DNA of 64,000 nucleotides from Azolla caroliniana (GCA_043228905.1 JBHGNT010000010.1:9052001-9116000), one strand, 5' to 3'; counted from the first letter of the stretch, positions 23,486 through 33,922 are shown. A program made the numbers and translations. The notes: generated by a model from the sequence alone, not told the origin.

Positions 23486-26400
23486 TTACTCTTCGCCTGC
23501 CGGCCCTTCCTCGGCCTCGGATCGGTCGTCGCTGCTATCCAGGAGAATCGGGTCAGGTTCGTCGTCGTGCCGCTTCTTGAAAGCTTTGATCCTCTTCCCG
23601 GCCACGGGTATCGCTATTCTCGTTCCGTCGAGTTCCGCCAGATGATACGTCCCGTTGTCGTTGGCGCTCTGTACCGTGTACGGCCCGAACCATCTCCGTG
23701 CGAACTTCCGCGTTGCTCGGTGCTGGTTGTCGAGGCTGCTGTCGTAGACGAGCACCCAGTCACCTTCGTCGATTTTCTTCGGTCGTAGCCGGTGCGTTCG
23801 GTCGAACCGGGCTTTGTTCTTTGTCCTCGCCACCCGGAGCTTCTCCGTAGCCAGTGCCACGTCCTCCGGTCTCCGCTCGAGCTGTCGTATACGTGCGGCC
23901 AACAACTCCTCCCGGCTCATCTCGTCCCTCCAGTCGACCGTTGCCCACGAGGAGATCGTCCGTTCAATCGGCATGATCGGCTTCTGGCCGAACATGAGCT
24001 CCGTCGGCATGTACCCGGTTACCGAACTGTGCGTGGTCCGGTCTGCCCACAAAGCATAAGGTAGCAACCGCGGCCAGTTACCGACTCGGCCCCCGCATGC
24101 CCGAATCAACGCCTTGACGATCGGTCCGTGTCCGCGCTCCACCTTGCCATTCGCCTCCGGATTGTACGCAGTGGTGAGCGAGAGCTTGACTCCAAGCCGG
24201 TCGAACAGCTCCGCGGCCTCTTCGGCGTCCAACTCCCCTCGGTCAGCCACGATCTTCCCGACGCACCCGTACCGGCATATCACGTCCTCGACTAGGAACC
24301 GACACACGGCCGCGGTCGTCTTGTTTTGAAGGGCTCGGCCTTCCACCTGGTTCGTCAGGTCTTCCCGCGCTAGGACCAGATACCGCATCTGTCCTACCCC
24401 CATCGGCATCGTCACCAGATCTACCATCCATTTGAAGTGGATAGTCGGAGGGTACGTAGGGTGAAGCCCGTCCCGGTGTCGGACTATCGAGTGCATCTGA
24501 CAACTCTCGCAAGTTGACACGAACCGATGCACGTCCCGGTACAATCCCGGCCACCAGTACTTCCCCTTCAGCTTCTCAAACGTCGCCCACGTTCCACGGT
24601 GTCCAGCCCAAGGGCTGTCGTGGTAGGCCGCCAGTAGCTCCTCCTGTTCTTCCTTCATCGCCACCACCCGGAGCGGGACGCCGTTCCTCTTCTTCGGGTG
24701 CTTCCACAAATGCCCATCTCGGAGAAGGAATCGATATGCTTTCTTCCGGATCCGGTTGGCCTCGTCCTTCGTCCATGACGCATCGGGCGTCATTGTCTTC
24801 AAAAACCCGCCGATCTGCAGCCACTCCCCGTCGTACTTGCTCGCGTCGAACTCGTTAAGCGCCGGAGTGCTCATCCCGTCGGTCGTTATGTATGCCGCCT
24901 CGAAGAAATCCACGCCGACTTCTTCGTCTTCCGAAACCATGCCGCCCTCGTCGTCGAACCTCGCCCTCGAAAGCATGTCGGCCATGGCGTTGTCTTTCCC
25001 GGAAAGGTGTCGTATTTCCGGGTCCAGGGACTTGATGTACGCTATCCACCTGAGCATCGCCAGGTCCGGAGTCGCGCATCCGGAAACCATTCCGAGAATC
25101 GGCAGGCAATCCGTCTCGATGATCACTTCTGTCCCTATCAGGTAGTCTTTGTCGGCCTTAACCGCCGAAACAATACCCCAGAGTTCGCGTTTAACCTGGG
25201 CGTATCCTCGCTGCCGTTCACTGAGGACCTTCGCGCCGAATCGGATCGGAAACCGATTGCCGTCCTCGTCTTCCTGGTTCACGACCCATCCGATCCCGGT
25301 CGGACTGGTATCCACCGTTATGAATACCGGGGTACCCTTCCCGTATACCGCCTTCCGGAGTGCCGGTGCCGCTGCAAGGGCCTCTTTCAGCTTCCGGACC
25401 GATTCCGCGTGCTCGTCTAGCCATTCGAACCTTCGCCCCTTTTTCAGCAACCCGTACAGTGGCTCCGCGACGTGTGCGTAATGCGGGATCCATATGTGAT
25501 AGAACGCGCATGCCCCCAGGAATCTCCGTACTTCCGTGACCGAGCTGCAGTCGGGCTTCATCGCGGAGATGGCTTCTACCTTTGCCGGAGACGGTTTCCG
25601 GCCATATGGTCCGCACAGGTGTCCGACCACCATGATTTCTGACTGCCCGAAGGCCGACTTCTCCCCGGAGAAGGTGAGTCTCGCATCCTCTAGCCTTTGC
25701 AGTACCTTCTCGCAGTCGTCGATGTGCGTCGCCACGAATCGCCGGCATCCGTCCGGCCCGATCGTCTCGCCCTTTTCTTCCACCGGGCATCCCTTGATCG
25801 GGATGTCGTCCAGAAATGGCATGGTGATGTCCGGGATGCAGTCCCTCAGAACCTTGTTCATCGCATTCACCATGTGGGCCACCGAGTTGGTCCCTCCTTG
25901 CGGCAGTGTACACATCCGAACTAGGCCGAGGGGAGTTCGCATCGTCGTAATGTCTCTGCTCTCCACGGCAAGCTGGAACTGGTCGTACCCTGAGTATAGA
26001 TCCCCGACCGAGTAAATTGACCTTCCGGCGAAGGCCTCCGCGAACTCGTCTATGGTCGGCCCGATCCCTGCGTTCCGAATGGTCACTCGATTGACCGGCT
26101 GCAGGTCCTGGATGAAGCGCAACGAACCGTTTTTCTTCGGTACGGTAAACCATCGATTCGAATATGGGGCGCTCGACGGCTCGAGAATTCCCATATCAAC
26201 TTTCTGCCTCAGCAGCTCCATCAACTTCGGGATGTGAGCTCTCGGAACCGGGATTGGCTTGAGATTCCATGGTACATGCGGTACCGTGAAAATCACCATC
26301 GGCTCCACGATCGTCGGGTCAACGCACCCGATTTCCTCCGGCGAGAATGCGAAGGCTTTCCCGTGCCTTCCGAGCATTCTCCGAAACCGGTCTTCCTCCG

Positions 26401-26983
26401 CCGGCAGTAGGAACCCGCCCCCACCGATTTTGAGCTCTCGGAGCGTCTCGTCGGTGAAGGTGTGCCCTATGCAGGCCGGATCTCGTAGACTAGGGTCCGA
26501 TGCAACCCCTTTGATTCTCGACGCACTGTCCTCCGGTAAGGGTGCCGCGACTGGCCTTACCTTCCGGTCCACAGTCTTGTACTTGGTGCTTACGTGGGCC
26601 GTCCGAACTGACCCGAGCCCTCGACCGAAGTCCGCGATGACTTCGTACATCTCCTCGGAACACACCGGTATCGTCCGGTCTTCGTTAAGGCCTTCTTCGA
26701 CTACCTTTCCCAGCATTCCCAAGGTGTCGTCGAATGAGACCGCCTCCACGGCTCCGTTGATTTCCTCGTCAGGGCCGAGAACTCCGCACGCTCGAAGTCT
26801 CCCCTCCGCCTTTGTCTTCTCTCGGCCGCCGATGCCGACTATCGTACACGCTCCGCTGTCGGAGAACAAAAATTCCCTACCTATGGTACAAGGTTTCTTC
26901 GGTTTTATCGTACAGGTGTGGGGTTTTCCCGGGGTGTCCGGACTGTCGCGGCCCCACGCCTTGGCAGCCCTCTCTAAAAATCC
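23486..26983 (-). CDS. Gypsy C pol (RT-RNase H-integrase), probably reached by a -1 frameshift at 26977-26983
   Basis: 1127-codon ORF (PFLDD, VDTS, ADRGE, GPY) whose frame stays open back to the gag stop region in the -1 frame. Confidence 0.88.
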   Translation of the reverse strand, partial: GFLERAAKAWGRDSPDTPGKPHTCTIKPKKPCTIGREFLFSDSGACTIVGIGGREKTKAEGRLRACGVLGPDEEINGAVEAVSFDDTLGMLGKVVEEGLNEDRTIPVCSEEMYEVIADFGRGLGSVRTAHVSTKYKTVDRKVRPVAAPLPEDSASRIKGVASDPSLRDPACIGHTFTDETLRELKIGGGGFLLPAEEDRFRRMLGRHGKAFAFSPEEIGCVDPTIVEPMVIFTVPHVPWNLKPIPVPRAHIPKLMELLRQKVDMGILEPSSAPYSNRWFTVPKKNGSLRFIQDLQPVNRVTIRNAGIGPTIDEFAEAFAGRSIYSVGDLYSGYDQFQLAVESRDITTMRTPLGLVRMCTLPQGGTNSVAHMVNAMNKVLRDCIPDITMPFLDDIPIKGCPVEEKGETIGPDGCRRFVATHIDDCEKVLQRLEDARLTFSGEKSAFGQSEIMVVGHLCGPYGRKPSPAKVEAISAMKPDCSSVTEVRRFLGACAFYHIWIPHYAHVAEPLYGLLKKGRRFEWLDEHAESVRKLKEALAAAPALRKAVYGKGTPVFITVDTSPTGIGWVVNQEDEDGNRFPIRFGAKVLSERQRGYAQVKRELWGIVSAVKADKDYLIGTEVIIETDCLPILGMVSGCATPDLAMLRWIAYIKSLDPEIRHLSGKDNAMADMLSRARFDDEGGMVSEDEEVGVDFFEAAYITTDGMSTPALNEFDASKYDGEWLQIGGFLKTMTPDASWTKDEANRIRKKAYRFLLRDGHLWKHPKKRNGVPLRVVAMKEEQEELLAAYHDSPWAGHRGTWATFEKLKGKYWWPGLYRDVHRFVSTCESCQMHSIVRHRDGLHPTYPPTIHFKWMVDLVTMPMGVGQMRYLVLAREDLTNQVEGRALQNKTTAAVCRFLVEDVICRYGCVGKIVADRGELDAEEAAELFDRLGVKLSLTTAYNPEANGKVERGHGPIVKALIRACGGRVGNWPRLLPYALWADRTTHSSVTGYMPTELMFGQKPIMPIERTISSWATVDWRDEMSREELLAARIRQLERRPEDVALATEKLRVARTKNKARFDRTHRLRPKKIDEGDWVLVYDSSLDNQHRATRKFARRWFGPYTVQSANDNGTYHLAELDGTRIAIPVAGKRIKAFKKRHDDEPDPILLDSSDDRSEAEEGPAGEE

Positions 26984-29127
26984 TCTCGGTTATCGGAACC
27001 GAGGGAGTCGCGGTTACGCTCGTGGTTCGGCCTAACCGTCAAAAACTGGACCGAATGGCGCCCGTCCTGGCTCTTGACCCGCGCATAGGCCGAACCGTTG
27101 TCCAGCACCTTGGTCTCCATTCGAGCCGCCGTGATGTACGGCTCTCCCAGTATGACGGGGTGCGATGACGACTCCTGCACGAAGAAGTGCTGGTCTATCT
27201 CGACATCGCCGATCTTGACCCGTACATTCGGGCAGGCCCCGTGAAGTTCCTCGGTGGCGCGCGTCGCCGCCCTTATCTTCCACCCGTGCTTGGTGTTGAT
27301 CGGCCATTTGCCCTTCTTATAGAAGTCCATGGACATCAGGTTGATTTCCGATCCGTGGTCCACCAAAGCTACTACCGGTTCCTGGACATCGCCGATCTTT
27401 ACCGGGGTTTCCGTGGTCGCTCGGGCCCAGTGTGGCCGCGAATAGTGGCTCTCCACCCACTCGTCTTTCAGCGCCATGTCGTCCAGGTGCGTCGTCCGCA
27501 CCTCTACCGGTCTTTCCGGTTCTGTCTCCGTTGACAGCCTCTTCCGTTTCACCAAGTCCACGATGGAGTCGTGGAACTCCTTCTTGGCGATTCCCAGCAC
27601 CTCCCGTAGCGACAACTCCACCTTGCTGTCGAGGATCCGTTCCTCCAGGACCTTTCGTAAGTCCGTGGTTCTTTCTATCTCCGTCCCCAGACGGTACCCG
27701 CCCTTCTGGGGTTTATCTTGCGTACCGGCCCCGCCGGCTTCGTCCCGTCGTGGCCCGGACCGGGTCTCGTATCGTTGTGAGGGCCCGGTCGTCCCGGGTT
27801 TCCCCACCCGCTTCTCTTCTACCAGAGCCTCGTAGTTCCGGCAAGCGGCTTCCACGAAGCCCGTCTTTTCCTCGACCGGGTCGCTCCACCCGGTCATCTC
27901 CCGTACCCGTTTCTCCGCACGGTCCGATTCCTCCCTTTTAAGCCCTGCACCGGCAAGGCCTTCCAGCATCGTCGGCCAGAATCCGGCTTTGCTTTCCTTT
28001 CGGGCCTCGCCGCCCCCGACTCGAATGCCGGCCGACGCCGAGTAGTGGACGGTTTCCGCGTGTCGGGCCGCCGCCTCTTCCATCAACCTTTTCATACCAC
28101 CCTTTCCGTCGTTTCGGCTCAGGGCCCTTCGGGTGTCGCTGGCATGCACCCGTCCTTCCCACAGGTACACCACCCGGTCCCTCAGCGCCTCCGCGAAGTC
28201 GCCGCAGTCCTTCCGAACGTGGCCGACTTCATCGCACCACATGCACCTGTTTCCTGCCGCCGGCCGTCGGTCACGAGCCGGTTCGCCTCCTTCCCTTCGG
28301 GCCTGCGCGATTTGGAGGTCCTTTATCGCCTTCGTCAATTCCTCCAGCGCCGCTCCTCCGGTTGAGCCTCTGACTACGCCGGTCGAAGCCGAACCGGTTT
28401 CCAACCACTCCCGGGTCTCTTCCTTGCGCACCTGTGGCGCTGGTTCGAGCTTCCTTGCTGCGACCGAGCCCGACCCAGTCGGTCCGTTATCCGCCCATTC
28501 TCGCCGTTTGTCGAAACGGCCACAGACCTTCCTGACAGCCGCCCAGTCGGTAGTGAGCCCGTCTTCGGTTTCCAGCAAGAGGCCCACTTGCTCCCGATCC
28601 CGCTCGTCGACCGACTTGACAAACAGCAAGACCCGGCTCGTGTCCAGGATGGTTCGGTCGAGCGCCGAAAGGCGCGCAAAGTTTTCCTCGAACTCCCAGA
28701 GGAGTGCCGACGCGTTTCTTCCCTTCCCCGGGGACTCCACCCATTCCATGAACCTTCGCTTCGAAAGCCGGAGCGCGTCGTCCAGCCCGTATTTCTCTAG
28801 GAGCCGACCTTCGAACTCCTCCCAGGTACGGCTCTCCGCCCGCACCTCGAGCACCTCCGCATGGATGCTCGGTATTGCCACTCGGGGAAAACCGGCAAGA
28901 CGCCTTTCTTCCGGAATGTCCCGCATCAACATTTCTGCACCGTAGGACGCCAGATACTTCGTGGCATCCCTCCCATCGAACCGGCCGATCGTGCCGACGA
29001 CCGCCTCAATAGCTCTGTCGAGGGCACCGGTACCCTCGCGCGCGTTTACGATCCGATCCACGGCCGAAGCCATGGCCTCTGCGAGATCCGACCCCCTCAT
29101 CTTCTGCTCTTCTGCCGCCTCTTTCAC
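26974..29127 (-). CDS. Gypsy C gag-protease ORF (first ATG at 29100)
   Basis: 717-codon ORF with a CMWCDEVGHVRKDC knuckle and an LVDHGSEINL...VILGEPY aspartic protease. Confidence 0.9.
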   Translation of the reverse strand: MKEAAEEQKMRGSDLAEAMASAVDRIVNAREGTGALDRAIEAVVGTIGRFDGRDATKYLASYGAEMLMRDIPEERRLAGFPRVAIPSIHAEVLEVRAESRTWEEFEGRLLEKYGLDDALRLSKRRFMEWVESPGKGRNASALLWEFEENFARLSALDRTILDTSRVLLFVKSVDERDREQVGLLLETEDGLTTDWAAVRKVCGRFDKRREWADNGPTGSGSVAARKLEPAPQVRKEETREWLETGSASTGVVRGSTGGAALEELTKAIKDLQIAQARREGGEPARDRRPAAGNRCMWCDEVGHVRKDCGDFAEALRDRVVYLWEGRVHASDTRRALSRNDGKGGMKRLMEEAAARHAETVHYSASAGIRVGGGEARKESKAGFWPTMLEGLAGAGLKREESDRAEKRVREMTGWSDPVEEKTGFVEAACRNYEALVEEKRVGKPGTTGPSQRYETRSGPRRDEAGGAGTQDKPQKGGYRLGTEIERTTDLRKVLEERILDSKVELSLREVLGIAKKEFHDSIVDLVKRKRLSTETEPERPVEVRTTHLDDMALKDEWVESHYSRPHWARATTETPVKIGDVQEPVVALVDHGSEINLMSMDFYKKGKWPINTKHGWKIRAATRATEELHGACPNVRVKIGDVEIDQHFFVQESSSHPVILGEPYITAARMETKVLDNGSAYARVKSQDGRHSVQFLTVRPNHERNRDSLGSDNREDF

Positions 29128-30649
29128 GTCGGGTTCACCAAGATGTCGGGGTTGCTACGCCCTTGCGTGTAGAAAGGAGGAGGGACCACGGGGGTCTTGA
29201 ACCGAAGAACAAGAGAGAGAGAGATAAGAGAGAGAGACCCCGATTACACAGAACCGAAGTTCCGATTGCGCAGAACCGACGATTACACAGGGACACGGCC
29301 CAACAAACAGAGAACACAAATAAACGCCGACGCAGATGGACGCAACAACGAAAGATATGTACTTATGAATGCAAGAAAATAACAGACTAAAGTACTACAA
29401 CCCTCAGTGGGGCACGAAATAGATACTAACGAAAACGAACAGGGCGGCGAACAGATGCCGACCCCTGTATGTCGCGACGCACAGAAAGGGGAAACAGGTC
29501 GGAGGTGCTGCAGGACGCACTCGGGCGTTCCACGGAACAGCGCAAGCCTCCTCGAAACCTGCACAGGTACGCGATGGAGCAGAAGACAGAGAGAGCAGGA
29601 GTGAGAGAGAGGCTCCGAAATCGGTTCGGCAGCACTTCGTCCTCTCCGCGGGAGATGTCCGACTTCTATTCTTCCTCTTCCTTTTATAGCCCGTCAAGAG
29701 GCCGTTTGGCATTAACTGCATACCAACCGAATCTGCCCACCTAGGATCCTCGTATGTACCTACTTCGTCCTTAGGTACTTCTTGGCGCGCGTGTGTGTGT
29801 AGAGCCGTTTCCCACGCCTTGTTCCTCCGATTCCTCTTGTGGGCGGTTTTCTTCACGACAACGTGTCAATACTTTTGTTAGTCCATATGGACTTGTATAA
29901 AAGTGCTCACTGAGCACATCCTATGTACGAACTGAGTATTATTTTTGAATTGAGTTTGTGTGCATTCTCTCTCTCTCTCTCTCTCTCCCGCGTACTGTGT
30001 ATATTCAAGCTCTCCATTAAACCTGTGTTTTTGTATTCGGTTTTCTATTGCTTCCGCACCCTATTCTTTTCACAAGGATTTACAAAATACTTTGGAGATG
30101 GTCTAAGATTTCCATTGACAATATCCCCTTAAGCCAAGGGGCGGTTTGGGAAGGCGGCGTAAGAGGGGGGATAATGTCACACTCTAAACTCGAACCTCTG
30201 ACTTTTAACACACATAGTACATTGTGTTGTGTTAACAATCATATGGAAACTCTTGTGAATTGTCCACATTCGATTGTGAACTTGTATATATTGTAGAATC
30301 TACTATATAGTACATTCGAGAATATTCTAGTTATTTGTATATTCTTGAATTATTCTGTGGTATATTCTCGAGTATATTCTAGAGATATTCATTCTCAGAA
30401 ATTGTATAAATACTTGTAACATCCTTGGTCCCTTTCAAGGGATTCAACACCAATCATTGACACATCAATCTAGTATTCTCGTTTTGCCTCATCTTTGTCT
30501 CCTTGATCTTTATTTCTGTCTTCATGCCCTCATGTTGCTCACAACATCTAGAGTTCCTAGCCTCATCACATCTAGCACCAAGTTCATTCGCCGTTCGTAG
30601 CCCCATCATCTCTGCTCTGTCCTAGTCCGCACTTGGTGTGTCTGTGACA

Positions 30650-31495
30650 ACCTCGTCCTCCAAGCCCATGGGGCCGATCTGCCTCCACGTCAACTGAAGA
30701 AGTCGACACATCTGATAAAGTCGAAACAAGCTGCAACGTTGGCAGAGTCAAGAAGGACAAAGCCGACTGGAAGAAGAAGGCCAAGACCTGGACATGTTCT
30801 GATGTGGTAAAGGGCCTGAAGGTTGAAGACGAATTGGAGACAACCAATTCAGACAAGAGTTGGAAATCGGAGGCACTTGATTCGGATGAGCCGGATCAAC
30901 TCAAGTCCAAATGGACAAGGAGGCAGCGGAAGTCGACACCAACATGGAGGGACCAACGGGTCGAGGAGCACCGAAGTTGCAACATCGAAGGAGTTGAGAA
31001 GGCCCTTATGAGCAGACAAGCCGACCGAGAAGGTCGAGATGTGCGGAGGTTCGAGCAGTTGTTGGCAATAGAGGTTCTCAACCCTCTCACTTTGATACCA
31101 TGTTAAAGATATTGTGTGGAAGCTTGTAGACAAACCGGCTCATCCGTATAACAAGATGGATGGATGTATGTATTAACAAGAAGTGGAGAACAATTAGAAC
31201 GATATGAGCATTACAAAGGAGATTAACCAACTCCTTATAAAGTAGGAGGGTGCTTTATATAAGGTCACTCTCTCTCTACACACACTCTCTCTAGAACCTT
31301 GGGGAACGTGGAGACTCATTAGTTATAGGGAATATGGAACTCATTAGTTATGTGTCATACAATATGATTTTATGACACATAGTTAATGTGTCGAAAGTAA
31401 TGGTGACTTTTGACCTTTGAGTGCTCATAGATTCTCAAAAGGTATGTTCACACACTAGACTAGGTTGATCTTGATTCCCAACACTTCCCTTCAAG
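30650..31495 (-). mobile_element. Copia fragment related to B: LTR 31101-31483 with a PBS on its left (31089-31100) and a PPT on its right
   Basis: The minus strand reads CTTGAAGGGAAG-TGTTGGGA...TTTAACA-TGGTATCAAAGTGAGAGGGTTGAGAACCTC, similar to the post-PBS sequence of B. Confidence 0.65.
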
Positions 31496-33294
31496 ACTCA
31501 AAATTGCTTCTACACCAAGAAAATTGTACATATATTTTCCCTAATTCACGACTTAATCCTAGTTTACATAATGATAGGTCCAATGTGGTCCCACAACATG
31601 TATAGGGGCTTTGTGGTGCAGAAGACCGATTTTGAACAAGAAGGGGTTCTTTGAAGAACATATTAGGGTTGCTCTAGGTTTCATAGGATTTTGCGATGGC
31701 AAAAGGGGCCAAAATACAATTCAATACCCTAATTGTCGTTTCCTTATACAAGGGAATTGAGTGAGCCAATACTTATGCAAGTTGGATAATCCTATCCAAG
31801 GCATGTTTGAAGAGCAATGTGTGGAGTACCACATATATAGGGGACATGTTGCACAACAAGGGACATGGCAAAGTACGGGCCAAAATACAATTCAATAACC
31901 GAGTTGTCATTTCCTCATACAAGGCAATTGGGTGGGGCACTACTTATGCAACTTGGATAATCCTATCCAAGGATAAATTGAGGAGCCGTTCATGAAGTTG
32001 AGCATATAGATGAGACATGTTGCACAAGTCAAACAAGAAGGGACAAATATCCATGTAGTGCCCAAAGCACTTGAAGAAATACATGAGAAGGATTTACAAG
32101 GGGAGAGGAAGAATACATGAGTTGGTATTAAGGCCATGATATGGTACAAGTAGCCGAAGGAGAAAACATAGGTAGTGGGAAGGAACCATGATGGTGCGAT
32201 ACTTTGTAGACTTCAACTCATAGTTGGAAGTCGTGCAATGGAGTGGGATTTTGTATTTTGTATAGTTGCACTTCATATATATGTGTGTGTGTGTGTGTGT
32301 GTAGAATATGCATATATATGAATAATGAGACTATCCATGACAACATTTTCCGCCTACAAATTGCCTTTACCCACAACCAAAGTTTTGAAACAATGACATT
32401 GTGATGAATAAGATTTAGATCATGCATACCAATCTTTTTAGAACAACTTTTGCACAAGCCAAGAATCAAACCACTATGGTTGTGACAAGTAACTTAAAAA
32501 ATGACTTGATCCAATTCTATTAATGGTTGCACTACTTTTGGGAATCCAATTCTATTATAAGAAATGAAACATAAGAGTGCCTAAGTGCAATCGGAGCAAA
32601 AAGTAGTGATCCTTAAAATTGAGAATTAAAATCAAATACATTGATGAGATCATGCACATGAATGATGTGGCTTTATTATTCATGAAAGGTTTCGAAATAA
32701 TAATATTCATTGAATATCTTGTAGGGTTTACGGTTATTGTGTGAAGACATACTAGGCAATTGAAAGGTAGGTTTCTTTGCCACTTTGTGGAATGTTATCA
32801 CTTGAGATCCAAGTATGTGAGTTGGTAAGGCATCATATTCGTTCACGTTTTCAATTGGGGCATTTTCTGTCACACGACTTCTCAACGACTATAGTATCTT
32901 AAGATTTGAACATCATCTATCAACGACTTATATGCAATGTTTTTTCTTCTTCTTGTAAATAGTACGGTTCTCATTCATGGACGAAAACTTTTAAAAGAAC
33001 TCTACCCGTAAACTATTGGAAACATATCATTTCCTCAAGTCGCAATATAATAAGGGTTGCGTGAGCCTTGCTTAATTTCAAGAGTATGCAAGGCGGTTGG
33101 ACAAGAAGGGAGTACAATGTACATACTCATCCTTAAGAGATGAAGGGTGTTCCCCCTCAATGTATTACAACAATGTCCATATTTAGTTGGATTGAAGGCG
33201 ATAAGAATTGAGATTGAATTAGCCGATATTGGTGATCCTACATTAGATCGGGCGATGCATGCACAATTGGGAGTATATGGCTAATCACACAGAT

Positions 33295-33388
33295 GCACAC
33301 CCACACATGTACACACACACACATGTACACACACGCACACGCACACGCACACGCACATGCACACGCACGCACGCGCACACACACACAC

Positions 33389-33424
<36 letters not shown>
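33295..33424. repeat. Compound (CA)n/(CACGCA)n microsatellite
   Basis: Directly visible in the sequence. Confidence 0.95.
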
Positions 33425-33426
<2 letters not shown>

Positions 33427-33454
33427 GAGGAAGCTTTAATTGGGTATGCCGGCC

Positions 33455-33556
33455 CGAAAAAAAACGATTTATTTCTATCGACAAACCATCTAACAACCCA
33501 AACCATATAGTAGCAATGACGGGGACTGTAGAGAGATAAATCTTCACATATTGCAT
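33455..33556 (-). pseudogene. psaJ: Plastid-derived psaJ copy in a NUPT, 3' end disrupted
   Basis: [33 protein letters not shown] matches PsaJ. It is divergent from trnP-UGG, as in land-plant plastomes. Confidence 0.88.
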
Positions 33557-33848
33557 CAGAAATTCTTCTTGTTGTTCTTTTTTTATCTCCCCCTCTTCCC
33601 TCTTCCCTCTCCTACCAAATCCTTTGCATCCTACCAAAAAGAAAAGAAAAGCCTCCTTGTCGATCCTTTCCTCCCGAAAAGTTAGGAAATTACTTTTAGA
33701 TTCAAGGATTTGGAATCGTACAATACAACTTCTTTTCACTCTGCCGGTGGCGAGTACATCTAATACACCGGCCAGTACATCTAATAATCGGTTATAATCG
33801 AACCGGATCGACTAATTTCATATAAGTGATGCCAATCGCGATGAATAT

Positions 33849-33922
33849 AGGGATGTAGCGCAGTTCGGTACGGCGTTTGTTTTGGGTACAAGATGCCACA
33901 GGTTCAAATCCCATCATCCCTA
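33849..33922 (+). tRNA. trnP-UGG: Plastid-type tRNA-Pro(UGG) in a NUPT, probably non-functional
   Basis: 74 nt AGGGATGTAGCGCAG...TTTGGGTACAA...GGTTCAAATCC..CATCCCTA, with some stem mismatches. Confidence 0.88.

Larger units (their letters stand above)
22697..29860 (-). mobile_element. Intact Ty3/Gypsy element C: LTRs 22697-23413 and 29144-29860 (717 bp), tRNA-Trp PBS 29123-29140, PPT ~23414-23425
   Basis: The LTRs look identical by eye. The 4-bp TSD ACGT is at 22693-22696 and 29861-29864. TTCACGTCGGGTTCACCA matches the plant tRNA-Trp 3' end as I recall it. Domain order is PR-RT-RH-INT. Confidence 0.95.
2082..30074 (+). mobile_element. Ty1/Copia element B, degenerate: 5' LTR 2082-2525, Met PBS 2526-2537, PPT 22474-22482, 3' LTR 22483-22696 + 29861-30074 (split by C)
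   Basis: TSD AGGAT at 2077-2081 and 30075-30079. The LTR pair matches. Gag, zinc knuckle (CWYCGKKGH), integrase, RT (LYVDD) and RNase H are present with many stops and frameshifts. Confidence 0.93.
2041..30649 (+). mobile_element. Relic of a chromodomain-bearing Ty3/Gypsy element, split by element B: chromodomain halves 2041-2081 and 30075-30140, PPT ~30161-30174, 3' LTR 30175-30649
   Basis: The flanks of B translate as QYLDFWKGYSLS and DLQNTLEMV*DFH*QYPLKPR, which resemble an integrase chromodomain. A purine tract then precedes a TGTCACA...TGTGACA-bounded LTR. Confidence 0.65.

Noticed and set aside
30225-30546. Possible nested solo LTR bounded by TGTTGTG...CACAACA
   Set aside because: The flanks CATTG and TCTAG do not form a TSD, so it cannot be separated from the surrounding LTR.
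33238-33739. ORFs with CV/HT repeats, including an apparent psaJ fusion
   Set aside because: These are artefacts of translating the (CA)n microsatellite next to the NUPT.
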